Of a stretch of DNA of 64,000 bases, positions 25,752-34,743 are shown one piece after another; positions within the stretch are counted from its first letter, which is position 1, and each line of letters opens with the position of its first letter. The stretch spans positions 67,317 through 131,316 of the forward strand of contig JACKBK010000001.1 of assembly GCA_020634555.1 (NCBI GenBank), in the 5' to 3' direction. A program made the position numbers and the translations under genes. This stretch comes from Caldilineae bacterium (GTDB lineage: Bacteria; Chloroflexota; Anaerolineae; JAAEKA01). The notes beneath the pieces are model-generated. The model was given only the letters and a program-made list of their open reading frames with translations. It did no database searches and was not told where the DNA came from.

Positions 25752-27167
25752 ATGGCAACAACAAGTGACCGCGAAGCGCTGGCTGGCGTAAAAGACGAAT
25801 ACCGCTATGGCTTCAGCATGCCGGAAGAGTACGTCTTCAAGTCGCGCAAGGGACTCGATCACGAGATCGTCGACCAGATTTCAGACCTGAAGAACGAGCC
25901 GGACTGGATGCGGGAATTCCGCCACCGTTCGCTGGACATCTTCCTTTCGAAGCCAATGCCGACCTGGGGCGCTGACCTGAGCGAGATCCAGTTCGACGAC
26001 ATCTATTATTACCTCAAACCGACCGAGAAGGCCGGCACGACCTGGGATGACATGCCGGATAGCATGAGAAACACCTTCGAGCGACTGGGCATCCCCGAAG
26101 CCGAGCGCAACTTTCTGGCAGGTGTGGGCGCGCAGTACGAGTCCGAGGTGGTCTACCACTCGCTGCAAGAGCAGTGGACCAAGCTGGGCGTCATCTTCCT
26201 GGACACCGACAGCGGCCTGCGCGAACACGAAGACATCTTCCGCGAGTATTTCGGCACGATCATTCCCCCGTCAGACAACAAGTTCGCCGCATTGAACTCG
26301 GCCGTCTGGTCGGGCGGCAGCTTCGTCTATGTGCCGGCTGGCGTGACGGTGAACATCCCGCTGCAAGCTTACTTCCGCATCAACGCCCAGAACATGGGCC
26401 AGTTCGAGCGGACGCTGATCATCGTCGAAGAGGGCGCCAACGTCCACTATGTCGAAGGCTGCACCGCGCCGATCTACGCCAGCGACTCGCTGCACAGCGC
26501 CGTCGTTGAGATCATCGTCAAGAAGAACGGCCGCTGTCGCTACTCGACCATCCAGAACTGGTCCAGCAACGTCTACAACCTGGTGACTAAACGCGCCACT
26601 GCGGCCGAAGGCGCCACCATGGAGTGGGTTGACGCCAACCTGGGATCCAAGGTGACGATGAAGTACCCGGCGGTCTACATGATGGGGCCGCGAGCGCACG
26701 GCGAGATCCTGTCCATCGCCTTCGCCGGCGAGGGACAAACGCTGGATGCGGGCGGCAAGGTCGTGCATGGCGCGCCCGACACCTCCTCCAAGATCATCTC
26801 CAAGTCGATCAGCAAGAACGGCGGGCGAGCCAGCTATCGCGGCCTGCTGAAGGTCGCCAAGGGCGCCACCGGCTCCAAGTCGACGGTGGTCTGCGACGCG
26901 CTGCTGCTGGATGACCGCAGCCGCTCCGACACCTACCCGTACATCGAGATCGACGAGCAGGATGTGCAGGTCGGCCACGAGGCCAGCGTCAGCAAGGTCA
27001 ACGAAGAGCAGATCTTCTATCTGATGAGCCGCGGCCTGGATGAAGAAGCAGCGGCCACCATGATTGTCAGCGGCTTTATCGAGCCGATGGTCAAGGAACT
27101 GCCCATGGAATACGCGGTCGAGATGAACCGTCTGATCCAGCTTCAAATGGAGGGCAGCATTGGGTAA
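25752..27167 (+). CDS. sufB: Fe-S cluster assembly protein SufB
   Basis: 471 aa; conserved SufB core ([13 protein letters not shown] ... [18 protein letters not shown] ... [24 protein letters not shown]); GGAGGA SD. Confidence 0.9.
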   Translation: MATTSDREALAGVKDEYRYGFSMPEEYVFKSRKGLDHEIVDQISDLKNEPDWMREFRHRSLDIFLSKPMPTWGADLSEIQFDDIYYYLKPTEKAGTTWDDMPDSMRNTFERLGIPEAERNFLAGVGAQYESEVVYHSLQEQWTKLGVIFLDTDSGLREHEDIFREYFGTIIPPSDNKFAALNSAVWSGGSFVYVPAGVTVNIPLQAYFRINAQNMGQFERTLIIVEEGANVHYVEGCTAPIYASDSLHSAVVEIIVKKNGRCRYSTIQNWSSNVYNLVTKRATAAEGATMEWVDANLGSKVTMKYPAVYMMGPRAHGEILSIAFAGEGQTLDAGGKVVHGAPDTSSKIISKSISKNGGRASYRGLLKVAKGATGSKSTVVCDALLLDDRSRSDTYPYIEIDEQDVQVGHEASVSKVNEEQIFYLMSRGLDEEAAATMIVSGFIEPMVKELPMEYAVEMNRLIQLQMEGSIG

Positions 27168-27311
27168 GGGAAACAAGTAGACAAGGAAACTGGTAAACAA
27201 CTAGACAAGTAGGCTGGAAAGCCGGGATACAACGGAACCAGAAGCAACTTGTATACCCTTGTCTACCTGTTTACCTGTCTACTTCCTCTCCTGCCCATTT
27301 GAGAGACAGAT

Positions 27312-28643
27312 ATGACTACACAAGTATTGACAAAAAGCGAAATTGGTTTGAACGGCGATGCCGTGGCGACGCTGTCGCAACAAAAACAGGAACCGACCTG
27401 GTTCACAGATCTGCGCCATCGTGCCTGGCGGTTCTTTGAGGAGATTCCGTGGCCGACTGGCAACGAAGAGGAGTGGCGGCGCACACGCCTGACCGGGCTG
27501 GACATCGCCGACTACAAACTAGCCAGCGGGACTCCAGAAGCAAGCAGCGATGCCGCCGACCTGGTCCCCTACTTGCGTGACGAACTTGACTCGATCAATG
27601 CTGCCGCCGCGTTGGTAACTGAGGACGGCACGGTGCGCTATCGCGGGGTTGACGCCGGTCTCGCGGCCAAAGGCGTGATCTTCACGGATCTCGACACCGC
27701 TATTCGCCAGCACCCGGAGCTGATTCAGACCTACTTCATGACCAATAATGTCGCGGTTGACGCCAACAAGTTCACCGCGCTGCACGCCGCGTTTGTTACC
27801 GGCGGCGCGGTGCTTTACGTGCCGCGCAACGTGCAGGTTGAGTTGCCGTTCCACGGCGTGACCGCGGTCAGCGGCGGCGTGGCGGACTTTGCCCACACGT
27901 TGATCATCGCCGAGGAGAACAGCCAGGTTACCTACGTGGACGACCTGATCAGCCAGGACAGCAACGCAACCTTCCACAGCGGCGTGGTGGAGATCTTCGC
28001 CGGCCCCGGCGCTGTTGTGCGCTACATGCACGGCCAGGACTGGAACACCAACACCTGGCACTTCAGCACCCAACAGGCGCAGATGCTGCGCGACGCCCAG
28101 CTTACCTGGATTCTCAGCTCCTGGGGCAGTCGGCTGAGCAAGATCAACCTGGAGATGCAATTGCTGGAGCGCGGCGGCCACGGCGAACTGTTGGGCCTCT
28201 ACTTCCCCAGCGGCCGCCAGCACATCGATCATCACACCATGCAAAACCACTTCGCCGACAATTGCACCAGCGACCTGCTCTTCAAGGGCGCGCTGCGCGA
28301 CCGGGCGAGATCGGTCTATTCCGGCAGCATCAAGGTCTGGCCAGCAGCGCAGAAGACTGACGCCTATCAGAAGAACAACAATCTGGTGCTGGATCGGCGT
28401 GCGCGCGCCGATAGCATACCTGGGTTGGAGATCGAAGCCGACGACGTGCGCTGCACCCATGGCGCCACCGTCAGCAAGATCGAGCCCGAGTACCTGTTCT
28501 ACCTCATGGCGCGCAGCCTGACCAAGTTCCAGGCCGAGCAGATGATTGTCACCGGCTTCTTCGAGGAAGTGCTCAACCGCGTCCCGGTCGAAGGCGTGCG
28601 CAACAAACTTGAACAGGTGATCGCTCGTAAGATCCACATGTAG
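27312..28643 (+). CDS. sufD: Fe-S cluster assembly protein SufD
   Basis: 443 aa; paralogous to SufB in the C-terminal beta-helix region; follows sufB. Confidence 0.85.
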   Translation: MTTQVLTKSEIGLNGDAVATLSQQKQEPTWFTDLRHRAWRFFEEIPWPTGNEEEWRRTRLTGLDIADYKLASGTPEASSDAADLVPYLRDELDSINAAAALVTEDGTVRYRGVDAGLAAKGVIFTDLDTAIRQHPELIQTYFMTNNVAVDANKFTALHAAFVTGGAVLYVPRNVQVELPFHGVTAVSGGVADFAHTLIIAEENSQVTYVDDLISQDSNATFHSGVVEIFAGPGAVVRYMHGQDWNTNTWHFSTQQAQMLRDAQLTWILSSWGSRLSKINLEMQLLERGGHGELLGLYFPSGRQHIDHHTMQNHFADNCTSDLLFKGALRDRARSVYSGSIKVWPAAQKTDAYQKNNNLVLDRRARADSIPGLEIEADDVRCTHGATVSKIEPEYLFYLMARSLTKFQAEQMIVTGFFEEVLNRVPVEGVRNKLEQVIARKIHM

Positions 28644-28777
28644 ATCAGTGACCAGTAAGTAGTTATCAGTTATCAGAAAGAATCGCCAGAAGTGTATTGG
28701 TCAATGAAGCAGTGCAGTCCGCTGGTTACTGATAACTAATAACTGATCACTGGCCACGTCCCGAGAAGGAGTATTGT

Positions 28778-29623
28778 ATGAAAGGCTATGTCCATCCCGA
28801 GGTGCTGGTGACGACCAGTTGGGTCGCCGAACATTTGAAGGATCCATCGGTACGTGTCGTCGAGTCCAACGAGGATATTCTGCTGTACGACCTGGGCCAC
28901 ATCCCCGGCGCTGTGCAGATTGACTGGCAGAAGGACCTCAACGACGCCGTGCGCCGCGACTATCTGACGCGCGAGGAATTCGAGGCGCTGCTTTCGGCCA
29001 ACGGCATCGGCAACGATACCACGGTCGTCTTCTACGGCGACAAGAACAACTGGTGGGCCTGCTATGCCTTCTGGGTGTTTCACTTGTTCGGACACGACAA
29101 CGCCAAAGTGATGGACGGCGGACGCGCCAAGTGGGAGGCCGAAGGGCGGCCCATGGTCAAGGACACACCTGACTATCCGGCAACTCCGTACCACGCCCAG
29201 GCGCGCGCCGACTACAAGATTCGTGCCTACCGCGATCAGGTGTTGTCTCACGTGCAGGCGAGCCAGCCGCTGGTCGATGTGCGCTCCCCCGGAGAGTACC
29301 GCGGCGAGTTGCTGCACATGCCCAACTATCCTCAGGAAGGCGCGATACGCGGCGGCCATATCCCAGGCGCAAAGAACATCCCTTGGGCGCGGGCCGCCAA
29401 CGCCGACGGCACCTTCAAACCGGCTGACGAGCTGCGCGCGATCTACGAGGAGGAGCAAGGCCTGCGACCTGACGACAGCGTTGTGGCCTACTGCCGCATC
29501 GGCGAGCGCTCCAGTCACACGTGGTTCGTGCTGACCTACCTGCTGGGCTATCCCAACGTGCGCAACTACGACGGCAGTTGGACCGAGTGGGGCAATCTGG
29601 TGGGAGTACCCATCGAACGCTAG
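28778..29623 (+). CDS. Two-domain rhodanese: thiosulfate/3-mercaptopyruvate sulfurtransferase (CysA/SseA-like)
   Basis: Active-site loop [14 protein letters not shown] in the second rhodanese domain; inactive N-terminal rhodanese domain; last gene of the suf operon. Confidence 0.85.
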   Translation: MKGYVHPEVLVTTSWVAEHLKDPSVRVVESNEDILLYDLGHIPGAVQIDWQKDLNDAVRRDYLTREEFEALLSANGIGNDTTVVFYGDKNNWWACYAFWVFHLFGHDNAKVMDGGRAKWEAEGRPMVKDTPDYPATPYHAQARADYKIRAYRDQVLSHVQASQPLVDVRSPGEYRGELLHMPNYPQEGAIRGGHIPGAKNIPWARAANADGTFKPADELRAIYEEEQGLRPDDSVVAYCRIGERSSHTWFVLTYLLGYPNVRNYDGSWTEWGNLVGVPIER

Positions 29624-29655
29624 AATTGACCACAGCGTCGAATTCAGTATAACAG

Positions 29656-29700
29656 GAGGCGAGGCATCTCATCCGAGACGTGCCTCGCCTCTCTTGATTC
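29656..29700 (+). terminator. Rho-independent terminator after the rhodanese gene
   Basis: ggaggcgaggca-N13-tgcctcgcctc followed by TCTTGATT. Confidence 0.6.
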
Positions 29701-29718
29701 CACGTTGCGAGGAGTGAA

Positions 29719-30513
29719 ATGAAAACCTACACCTTTCACGTAAACATTCCCGGCACGGGTCGCGTCTGGCGCAAGCTCGAGATGATGGAAGAACATACCC
29801 TGGAGGATCTGCACTGGGCGATTCAGCAGGCCTTCGACTTCGATGGCGACCACCTCTATTCGTTCTTCATGAGCGGCAAAGCCTGGGATCGTTCCACCGA
29901 ATACAGCCTCCCCGATGATGCGGTTGGCTGGGCCGACGAGGACGATGAGGATGATGACTTCGACATCGATATTGGATTCGGCGCCGGCAGTGATGAGGCC
30001 GACGAGGACGAAGAGTTCGATCCTGAGATCGACGAGGCGACGGTGGAAGCCATCCGCGGGTCGTTGGGCGATACGCCGCCGCCCGAGTCCTTTGAAGAGA
30101 TGCTCAATCTGATAAGCAGCAACGACGAGTTGCGCGGGCAGATGGTCAAGTTGATGGCCAAGCAGACGGGCATCCCTGAATTCATGGCTGACATGTTGTT
30201 CAAGAACGCCAATGCACTGATGGGCATGATGGGTGAAGGGGAACTGGAAGAGATGTTGGCCGAGGACGATGTGCAGGGTGATGTGCGCGAGACCACAATC
30301 GCCTCTCTCAACTTGCAGCCCGACCAGCGTTTTCTGTATCTGTTCGACTACGGCGATGAATGGCGCTTCAATGTGAGGCTGGACAGGATCGGCGCTGAAG
30401 AAGAAGCTGGCGTCGAATACCCGCGCATCGTCGAAGCGATCGGCGACCCACCGCCGCAATACCCCGAGTGGGAAGACGAAGACGACGATAACGACGCGGC
30501 GTGGGACGATTGA
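29719..30513 (+). CDS. pRiA4b ORF-3-like family protein (PF07929-like) split by an extremely acidic low-complexity insertion of about 170 aa
   Basis: N-terminus YTFHVNIPGTGRVWRKLEMMEEHTLEDLHWAIQQAFDFDGDHLYSFF and C-terminal FLYLFDYGDEWRFNVRLDRI match the family's two conserved blocks; between them DEDDEDDDFDIDIGFGAGSDEADEDEEFDPEIDE... Confidence 0.55.
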   Translation: MKTYTFHVNIPGTGRVWRKLEMMEEHTLEDLHWAIQQAFDFDGDHLYSFFMSGKAWDRSTEYSLPDDAVGWADEDDEDDDFDIDIGFGAGSDEADEDEEFDPEIDEATVEAIRGSLGDTPPPESFEEMLNLISSNDELRGQMVKLMAKQTGIPEFMADMLFKNANALMGMMGEGELEEMLAEDDVQGDVRETTIASLNLQPDQRFLYLFDYGDEWRFNVRLDRIGAEEEAGVEYPRIVEAIGDPPPQYPEWEDEDDDNDAAWDD

Positions 30514-31292
30514 GGACAAATGGCTGGCGCGCCGGGTTCCTCATCCTGCTGCTGCTCCTCGTCCAGCTACCCGGCAGCGCCCGCGCCCAGGAAAACCTGC
30601 CGCCGCGGCTGTTCCTGCCGCTGATCGCCGCTTCGTCACGTTGCCAGGCGAATACAGGCGAAAACTACACCGCCATCACCGTCGAGCCGCCGCCTACTGA
30701 CCGGCCAGCCGCCGAGCACGCCGACTTGAATCTTGCGTTACGCAGCTACACTCCGACCGACGGCTTCCTTGGATTGGTGGATTACACCGGCGCAACTGAC
30801 CCGTTGGCGCCGCAGCTTTACGGGTTGTTCAGCGACGAACGAACAGGGCAATTCACAAGGCTACACCGGGTCTACGACTGGAATTGGGCCTGCAACTGCC
30901 GCGGCGGCCCGCTTGCCTACCCACCGGTGACGCTGGCTGAGCTGGCAACTGCGCCCGGCGAGTTGATCCGGGTCCCCAACTCCGGCTACACCATCGGCGG
31001 CGGCTACGAGGTTCTTGTTCTCTACGCAACACCGGAACGCATCACCCTGAAATACACGCGCAACGACAACGTGGTCCACGGGTTTACCCTGCATCTGGAA
31101 GGCGTCTGTATCGATCCGCACCTGCTGGCGCTTTACCAGGCATCAAACGCCGCGGGCCGTGGCAATTTGCCTGCCCTGCGCGCTGGACAAGCAGTGGGGC
31201 GCGCCGAAGACGACACCATCGGCGTCGCGATCCGCGACTCGGGCACGTTTCTCGACCCTCGCTCGCGCAAGGATTGGTGGCGTGGACGATGA
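30501..31292 (+). CDS. Secreted hypothetical protein
   Basis: GTG/TTG start overlapping the upstream stop; signal peptide WRAGFLILLLLLVQLPGSARAQ; no recognizable motif. Confidence 0.45.
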   Translation: MGRLRTNGWRAGFLILLLLLVQLPGSARAQENLPPRLFLPLIAASSRCQANTGENYTAITVEPPPTDRPAAEHADLNLALRSYTPTDGFLGLVDYTGATDPLAPQLYGLFSDERTGQFTRLHRVYDWNWACNCRGGPLAYPPVTLAELATAPGELIRVPNSGYTIGGGYEVLVLYATPERITLKYTRNDNVVHGFTLHLEGVCIDPHLLALYQASNAAGRGNLPALRAGQAVGRAEDDTIGVAIRDSGTFLDPRSRKDWWRGR

Positions 31293-31386
31293 CTGAAAGA
31301 GCAGTGAACCTGTATAGGTGCTTGACCATTCAGAACATGTGCGATAAGATTCTCCCCAGACGTTATCGAGACTGCGATAGACAACA

Positions 31387-31668
31387 ATGGAGCTAACGAT
31401 GAATGGACTAACCACCCTCACACTGGTAACTGGCAGCACTGTGACAATACCTGTGCCCGCAGAACTGCTGTATCGACAAGTTGAAGTGACCATCGTGCCT
31501 GTTGAAGAGAGTGGAGATTGGCGAGACTTACCACCAAACGGAACGGCGGTAGCTGCGCTATTGCAGGAGTTGGCAACGGCTGGCGGCGTTCAGAGCATTG
31601 AGGATCCAGTTGTCTGGCAACGCGAACAGCGGCGCGACAGGCCACTTCCGGGGCGTGAACGTCAATGA
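31387..31668 (+). CDS. Type II antitoxin (VapB-like) partner of the downstream PIN toxin
   Basis: Small ORF whose TGA overlaps vapC ATG (ATGA); likely true start ATG 31399 (GGAG SD); low GC like vapC. Confidence 0.5.
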   Translation: MELTMNGLTTLTLVTGSTVTIPVPAELLYRQVEVTIVPVEESGDWRDLPPNGTAVAALLQELATAGGVQSIEDPVVWQREQRRDRPLPGRERQ

Positions 31669-32060
31669 TTCTGCTTGACTCCAATATCATTATCTATGCA
31701 ACTCAACCAGAGCATTCATTTCTCTTGGAGATGATGCGAGACCGTTATGTGTTTGTTTCCACGATCACCAAAGTGGAAGTATTGGGGTATCACAAGCTGA
31801 CGACCACAGAACGTAGTTCATTGGAGAATTTTTTCCGCAACACGTTTCAGTTACCAGTTACGGCTCCGATCATCGACCGCGCGATCCATATTCGCCAGAA
31901 GCGCAAGATTGGACTTGCCGATTCCTTGATTGCTGCAACCGCGCTGGTCCACTCTGTTTTATTGGTCACGCGAAATACAGTTGACTTCATTTGGATACCG
32001 GATCTTCAAGTGCTGAACCCATTCCAAGATCAAATCCCCAACGATGAAGCCAGTGCTTAG
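31665..32060 (+). CDS. vapC: PIN-domain ribonuclease toxin VapC
   Basis: MILLDSNIIIYA (Asp at position 5) ... ADSLIAATALVHSVLLVTRNTVDF: canonical PIN acidic residues; about 42% GC versus about 65% background. Confidence 0.8.
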   Translation: MILLDSNIIIYATQPEHSFLLEMMRDRYVFVSTITKVEVLGYHKLTTTERSSLENFFRNTFQLPVTAPIIDRAIHIRQKRKIGLADSLIAATALVHSVLLVTRNTVDFIWIPDLQVLNPFQDQIPNDEASA

Positions 32061-32565
32061 GATTCTTTCCTCTCCGTTCACGATTCGTCCCTTGCGACCC
32101 GGAGATTGGCTGTCTGTCCGTCGCATCTACGCGGAGGGACTTGCCACCGGTCAGGCAACGTTCGAGACCGAACCGCCGGATTGGGAACAATGGAATCGGG
32201 ATCACCGCGCTGACTGCCGCCTGATCGCAGAGGTCGATGGGGCGGTCGCGGGCTGGGCAGCGTTAACGCCGGTGTCGGGCCGTTGTGTCTACGCTGGGGT
32301 GGCAGAGGTCAGCATCTACGTGGCCGAGGCGGTTAGAGGACGCGGCGTGGGACGAGCGTTGTTGCAAGCTCTGGTGGCCGCGGCAGAAGAGACCGGCATC
32401 TGGACGTTGCAGGCAGGTATTTTTCCGGAGAACGCAGCCAGCGTCGCGCTGCACGAACGATGTAGCTTTCGAGTCGTCGGCGTCCGCCAGCGCCTGGGGC
32501 AAATGAACGGCGTCTGGCGCGATGTGCTGCTGATGGAGCGCCGCAGTCAAACAGTGGGAATGTGA
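32044..32565 (+). CDS. GNAT N-acetyltransferase, phosphinothricin-acetyltransferase (PAT/Bar)-like
   Basis: IRPLRPGDWLSVRRIYAEGLATGQATFETEPPDWEQW ... RGRGVGRALLQALVAAAEETGIW ... ASVALHERCSF; typical PAT family signature. Confidence 0.8.
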   Translation: MKPVLRILSSPFTIRPLRPGDWLSVRRIYAEGLATGQATFETEPPDWEQWNRDHRADCRLIAEVDGAVAGWAALTPVSGRCVYAGVAEVSIYVAEAVRGRGVGRALLQALVAAAEETGIWTLQAGIFPENAASVALHERCSFRVVGVRQRLGQMNGVWRDVLLMERRSQTVGM

Positions 32566-33134
32566 CGAACGGCCTCCTGTACCGGCTCAAAGAATATCAA
32601 CCGGGTGGAACCGTATTGCCGCTCGTCGTAGCGTACGAGGTTTTGTAGCAGCAAGTCAGGATCGTCTTCCTTGGGGTGAATTTGCACTACGGTCTGCCCT
32701 TCAGCGGTCAGCAGCTCTGGCCGGCGGTCAATCTGCAGCAGGGCTTTCTGCCATAGCTCCTGATACTGGGGCGGAGCAACGTAGATCAGGTCGAAGTGGC
32801 CGACATCCGCCCTGCGCAGGTAATCGAACGCGTCGCCGCGCACGACATGGGAGCGATCATTGACGCCGGTATAGCTCAAGTTCTGGCCCAGCACCCGGAT
32901 CGCCTGGTTGCTGCGCTCCACGAACACCACCTCGGCCGCACCCCGGCTGAGAGCTTCAATGCCTACCGCGCCGGTACCGCCGAACAGATCCAGCCAGCGC
33001 GTGCCAACCACCATCTCCTGCGACACCAGGATGCTGAACAGCGCCGTCTTGACCCGGTCGGTGATCGGCCGTGTCGCGTCGCCCGGCACGCTTTGCAAGG
33101 TACGACCTTTGGCAGTTCCGGCGATCACGCGCAT
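32547..33134 (-). CDS. rsmD: 16S rRNA (guanine966-N2)-methyltransferase RsmD
   Basis: MRVIAGTAKGRTL ... DLFGGTGAVGIEALSRGA ... LIYVAPPQY (DPPY-like) — the RsmD hallmark. Confidence 0.85.
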   Translation of the reverse strand: MRVIAGTAKGRTLQSVPGDATRPITDRVKTALFSILVSQEMVVGTRWLDLFGGTGAVGIEALSRGAAEVVFVERSNQAIRVLGQNLSYTGVNDRSHVVRGDAFDYLRRADVGHFDLIYVAPPQYQELWQKALLQIDRRPELLTAEGQTVVQIHPKEDDPDLLLQNLVRYDERQYGSTRLIFFEPVQEAVRHIPTV

Positions 33135-33201
33135 CGTCGCGTCCCTGATCCGATCTGACTCTCCGCTGTTTTCCTTCTTTCCATTTTTACCCTTCTTTCC
33201 C

Positions 33202-33735
33202 TCACTCGAAGCGCCCGAAACGAACCAGCCCGGCCAGCCTTTCCGGCTCCCACAATCGCCGGTCAGCTACGAACCAGCCCAACAGCCCCGCGCCGATCAC
33301 CTCAAACGTCACCAGCAACGGTTCGTCGCGAATGATCTTGAGATAGGCATCCAGAATTGCGGCTGGCGAACCGACGTGCTTCCAGTGATGAAAGCGGCGG
33401 CCGCGCAGCGGCCAGAGCAGCGTCTGCGAGAAACTCCACATCCGGTCGGCCAGCAGATGGCCGGAGAAGGCCAGCAGGTAGGGCAGCGTGCGACGCAACT
33501 GGCCCGTGGCCGCTGCAGCCAGCCAGACTCCGCCGTGCAACAACGCAGTGTGGCCAAACAGCAGCGCAGCTTCGGAGTCGGTCATCACAAAGGTCGCCAA
33601 CGGCTTGTCAATGGCGTCAGGCAGGACAGCGCAGAGCGCCATCAGGCGATAGTCAGTATCCTCGAAAAGCCCGGCGCCGCGTTGTAGCAGGTTCAGCGCA
33701 GCCCAGGTGAATTCAATGTGTCCGGTAGGAAGCAT
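33202..33735 (-). CDS. Membrane-bound metal-dependent hydrolase (YdjM/DUF457-like)
   Basis: Hydrophobic 177 aa with conserved His/Asp positions (HIEFTWA ... LPDAIDKP ... FGHTALLHG) typical of LexA-regulon YdjM-type proteins; weak. Confidence 0.45.
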   Translation of the reverse strand: MLPTGHIEFTWAALNLLQRGAGLFEDTDYRLMALCAVLPDAIDKPLATFVMTDSEAALLFGHTALLHGGVWLAAAATGQLRRTLPYLLAFSGHLLADRMWSFSQTLLWPLRGRRFHHWKHVGSPAAILDAYLKIIRDEPLLVTFEVIGAGLLGWFVADRRLWEPERLAGLVRFGRFE

Positions 33736-34146
33736 TATCTCGCGATGATTGCACGGCGCTTTGCCGGATCGACAGATGCGATTCCATCAGCGCCTATTAC
33801 GAACAGGTTTCGTTCTCAGACGGGCCGACGTATTATAGCGGTCAGAGCAGGTTCCAGCAATTGCTGTCGCGCTTTACCCTTAGCCAAAGAGGTGGAAGTC
33901 ACCGACCTAAGGACAGAGCGTTGCTTAACTGCCCATAGCGAGCCTACAAGATCGTCTTCCCTCGTTTCCCATCCTTCCCATTCCCACTCTTTCCACACCC
34001 TCCCCACCACCTCTCCACAGCTTCTCCATAGGCAACTGCTATACTGCATGGTAGATAAGCAAAACGCCTGCTGCGATGCAGGCGACATCAATAGATCAAA
34101 GCGTTCCGGTCGAAGATCGGGCGCAGCCACCAGGAGAGGTAACACC

Positions 34147-34635
34147 ATGAACAAGAACTGGAAACGTGTAGGAATGACAGCAGCGGTGCTGGCGATGTCG
34201 GCACTGATGGTCTTCGCCGGAGCGGCGTTCGCCCAAGGCAACGGTCCCGGCATCAGCGCAGGGCAGGCGGCTGGTCAGGTGAACCAGTATGGCAGCGGCA
34301 CCGGCACTGGTACCCCGATCTACGGGCAGGCGAACCAATACGGCAGCAGCGCAGGACAGACTGCTGGGCAGTTGAACCAATACGGCAACGGCAGCGGCAC
34401 CGGCACACCGGTCTACGGACAGGCGAACCAATACGGCAACGGCAGCGTTGGCGCCGGCTACGGCAACGGAACCTGTGACGGCACCTGCACCGGCACACCC
34501 GGCCAGAGCGGCAGTGGCCCGAACTGGAGCGACGCCGACGGCGACGGCACGTGCGACAACTACGGCACCATGCAGCAGCAGAACATGCGTGGCAGCCAGG
34601 GCGGCGGCATGATGAACGGACGCGGCAACCGCTAA
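34147..34635 (+). CDS. Secreted Gly/Gln/Asn-rich low-complexity repeat protein
   Basis: GGAGAGG SD; signal peptide MNKNWKRVGMTAAVLAMSALMVFAGAAFA; repeats GQ(A/V)NQYG(S/N)G(S/T)GTGTP(I/V)YGQANQYG ...; Cys-containing GTCDGTCTGTPG ... DGDGTCDNYG. Confidence 0.5.
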   Translation: MNKNWKRVGMTAAVLAMSALMVFAGAAFAQGNGPGISAGQAAGQVNQYGSGTGTGTPIYGQANQYGSSAGQTAGQLNQYGNGSGTGTPVYGQANQYGNGSVGAGYGNGTCDGTCTGTPGQSGSGPNWSDADGDGTCDNYGTMQQQNMRGSQGGGMMNGRGNR

Positions 34636-34662
34636 GAACTCAGGAAGTCCTCCTTCACCAAA

Positions 34663-34692
34663 GAGGCCGGGCATTTGCCCGGCTTCTTTGAT
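34663..34692. terminator. Bidirectional intrinsic terminator between convergent genes
   Basis: gccgggca-tt-tgcccggc flanked by T-rich runs on both strands. Confidence 0.6.
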
Positions 34693-34743
34693 TCGGCAGC
34701 GGCTGATCAGACGGCTTCGATGCGATGTAATCTGCGTCCCGCG

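Noticed and set aside
33718-34146. 5' extension of the Gly-rich protein ORF (ORF track start 33718)
   Set aside because: The upstream 143 codons have non-protein-like composition and no SD sequence. A GGAGAGG SD precedes ATG 34147, and a signal peptide starts exactly there.
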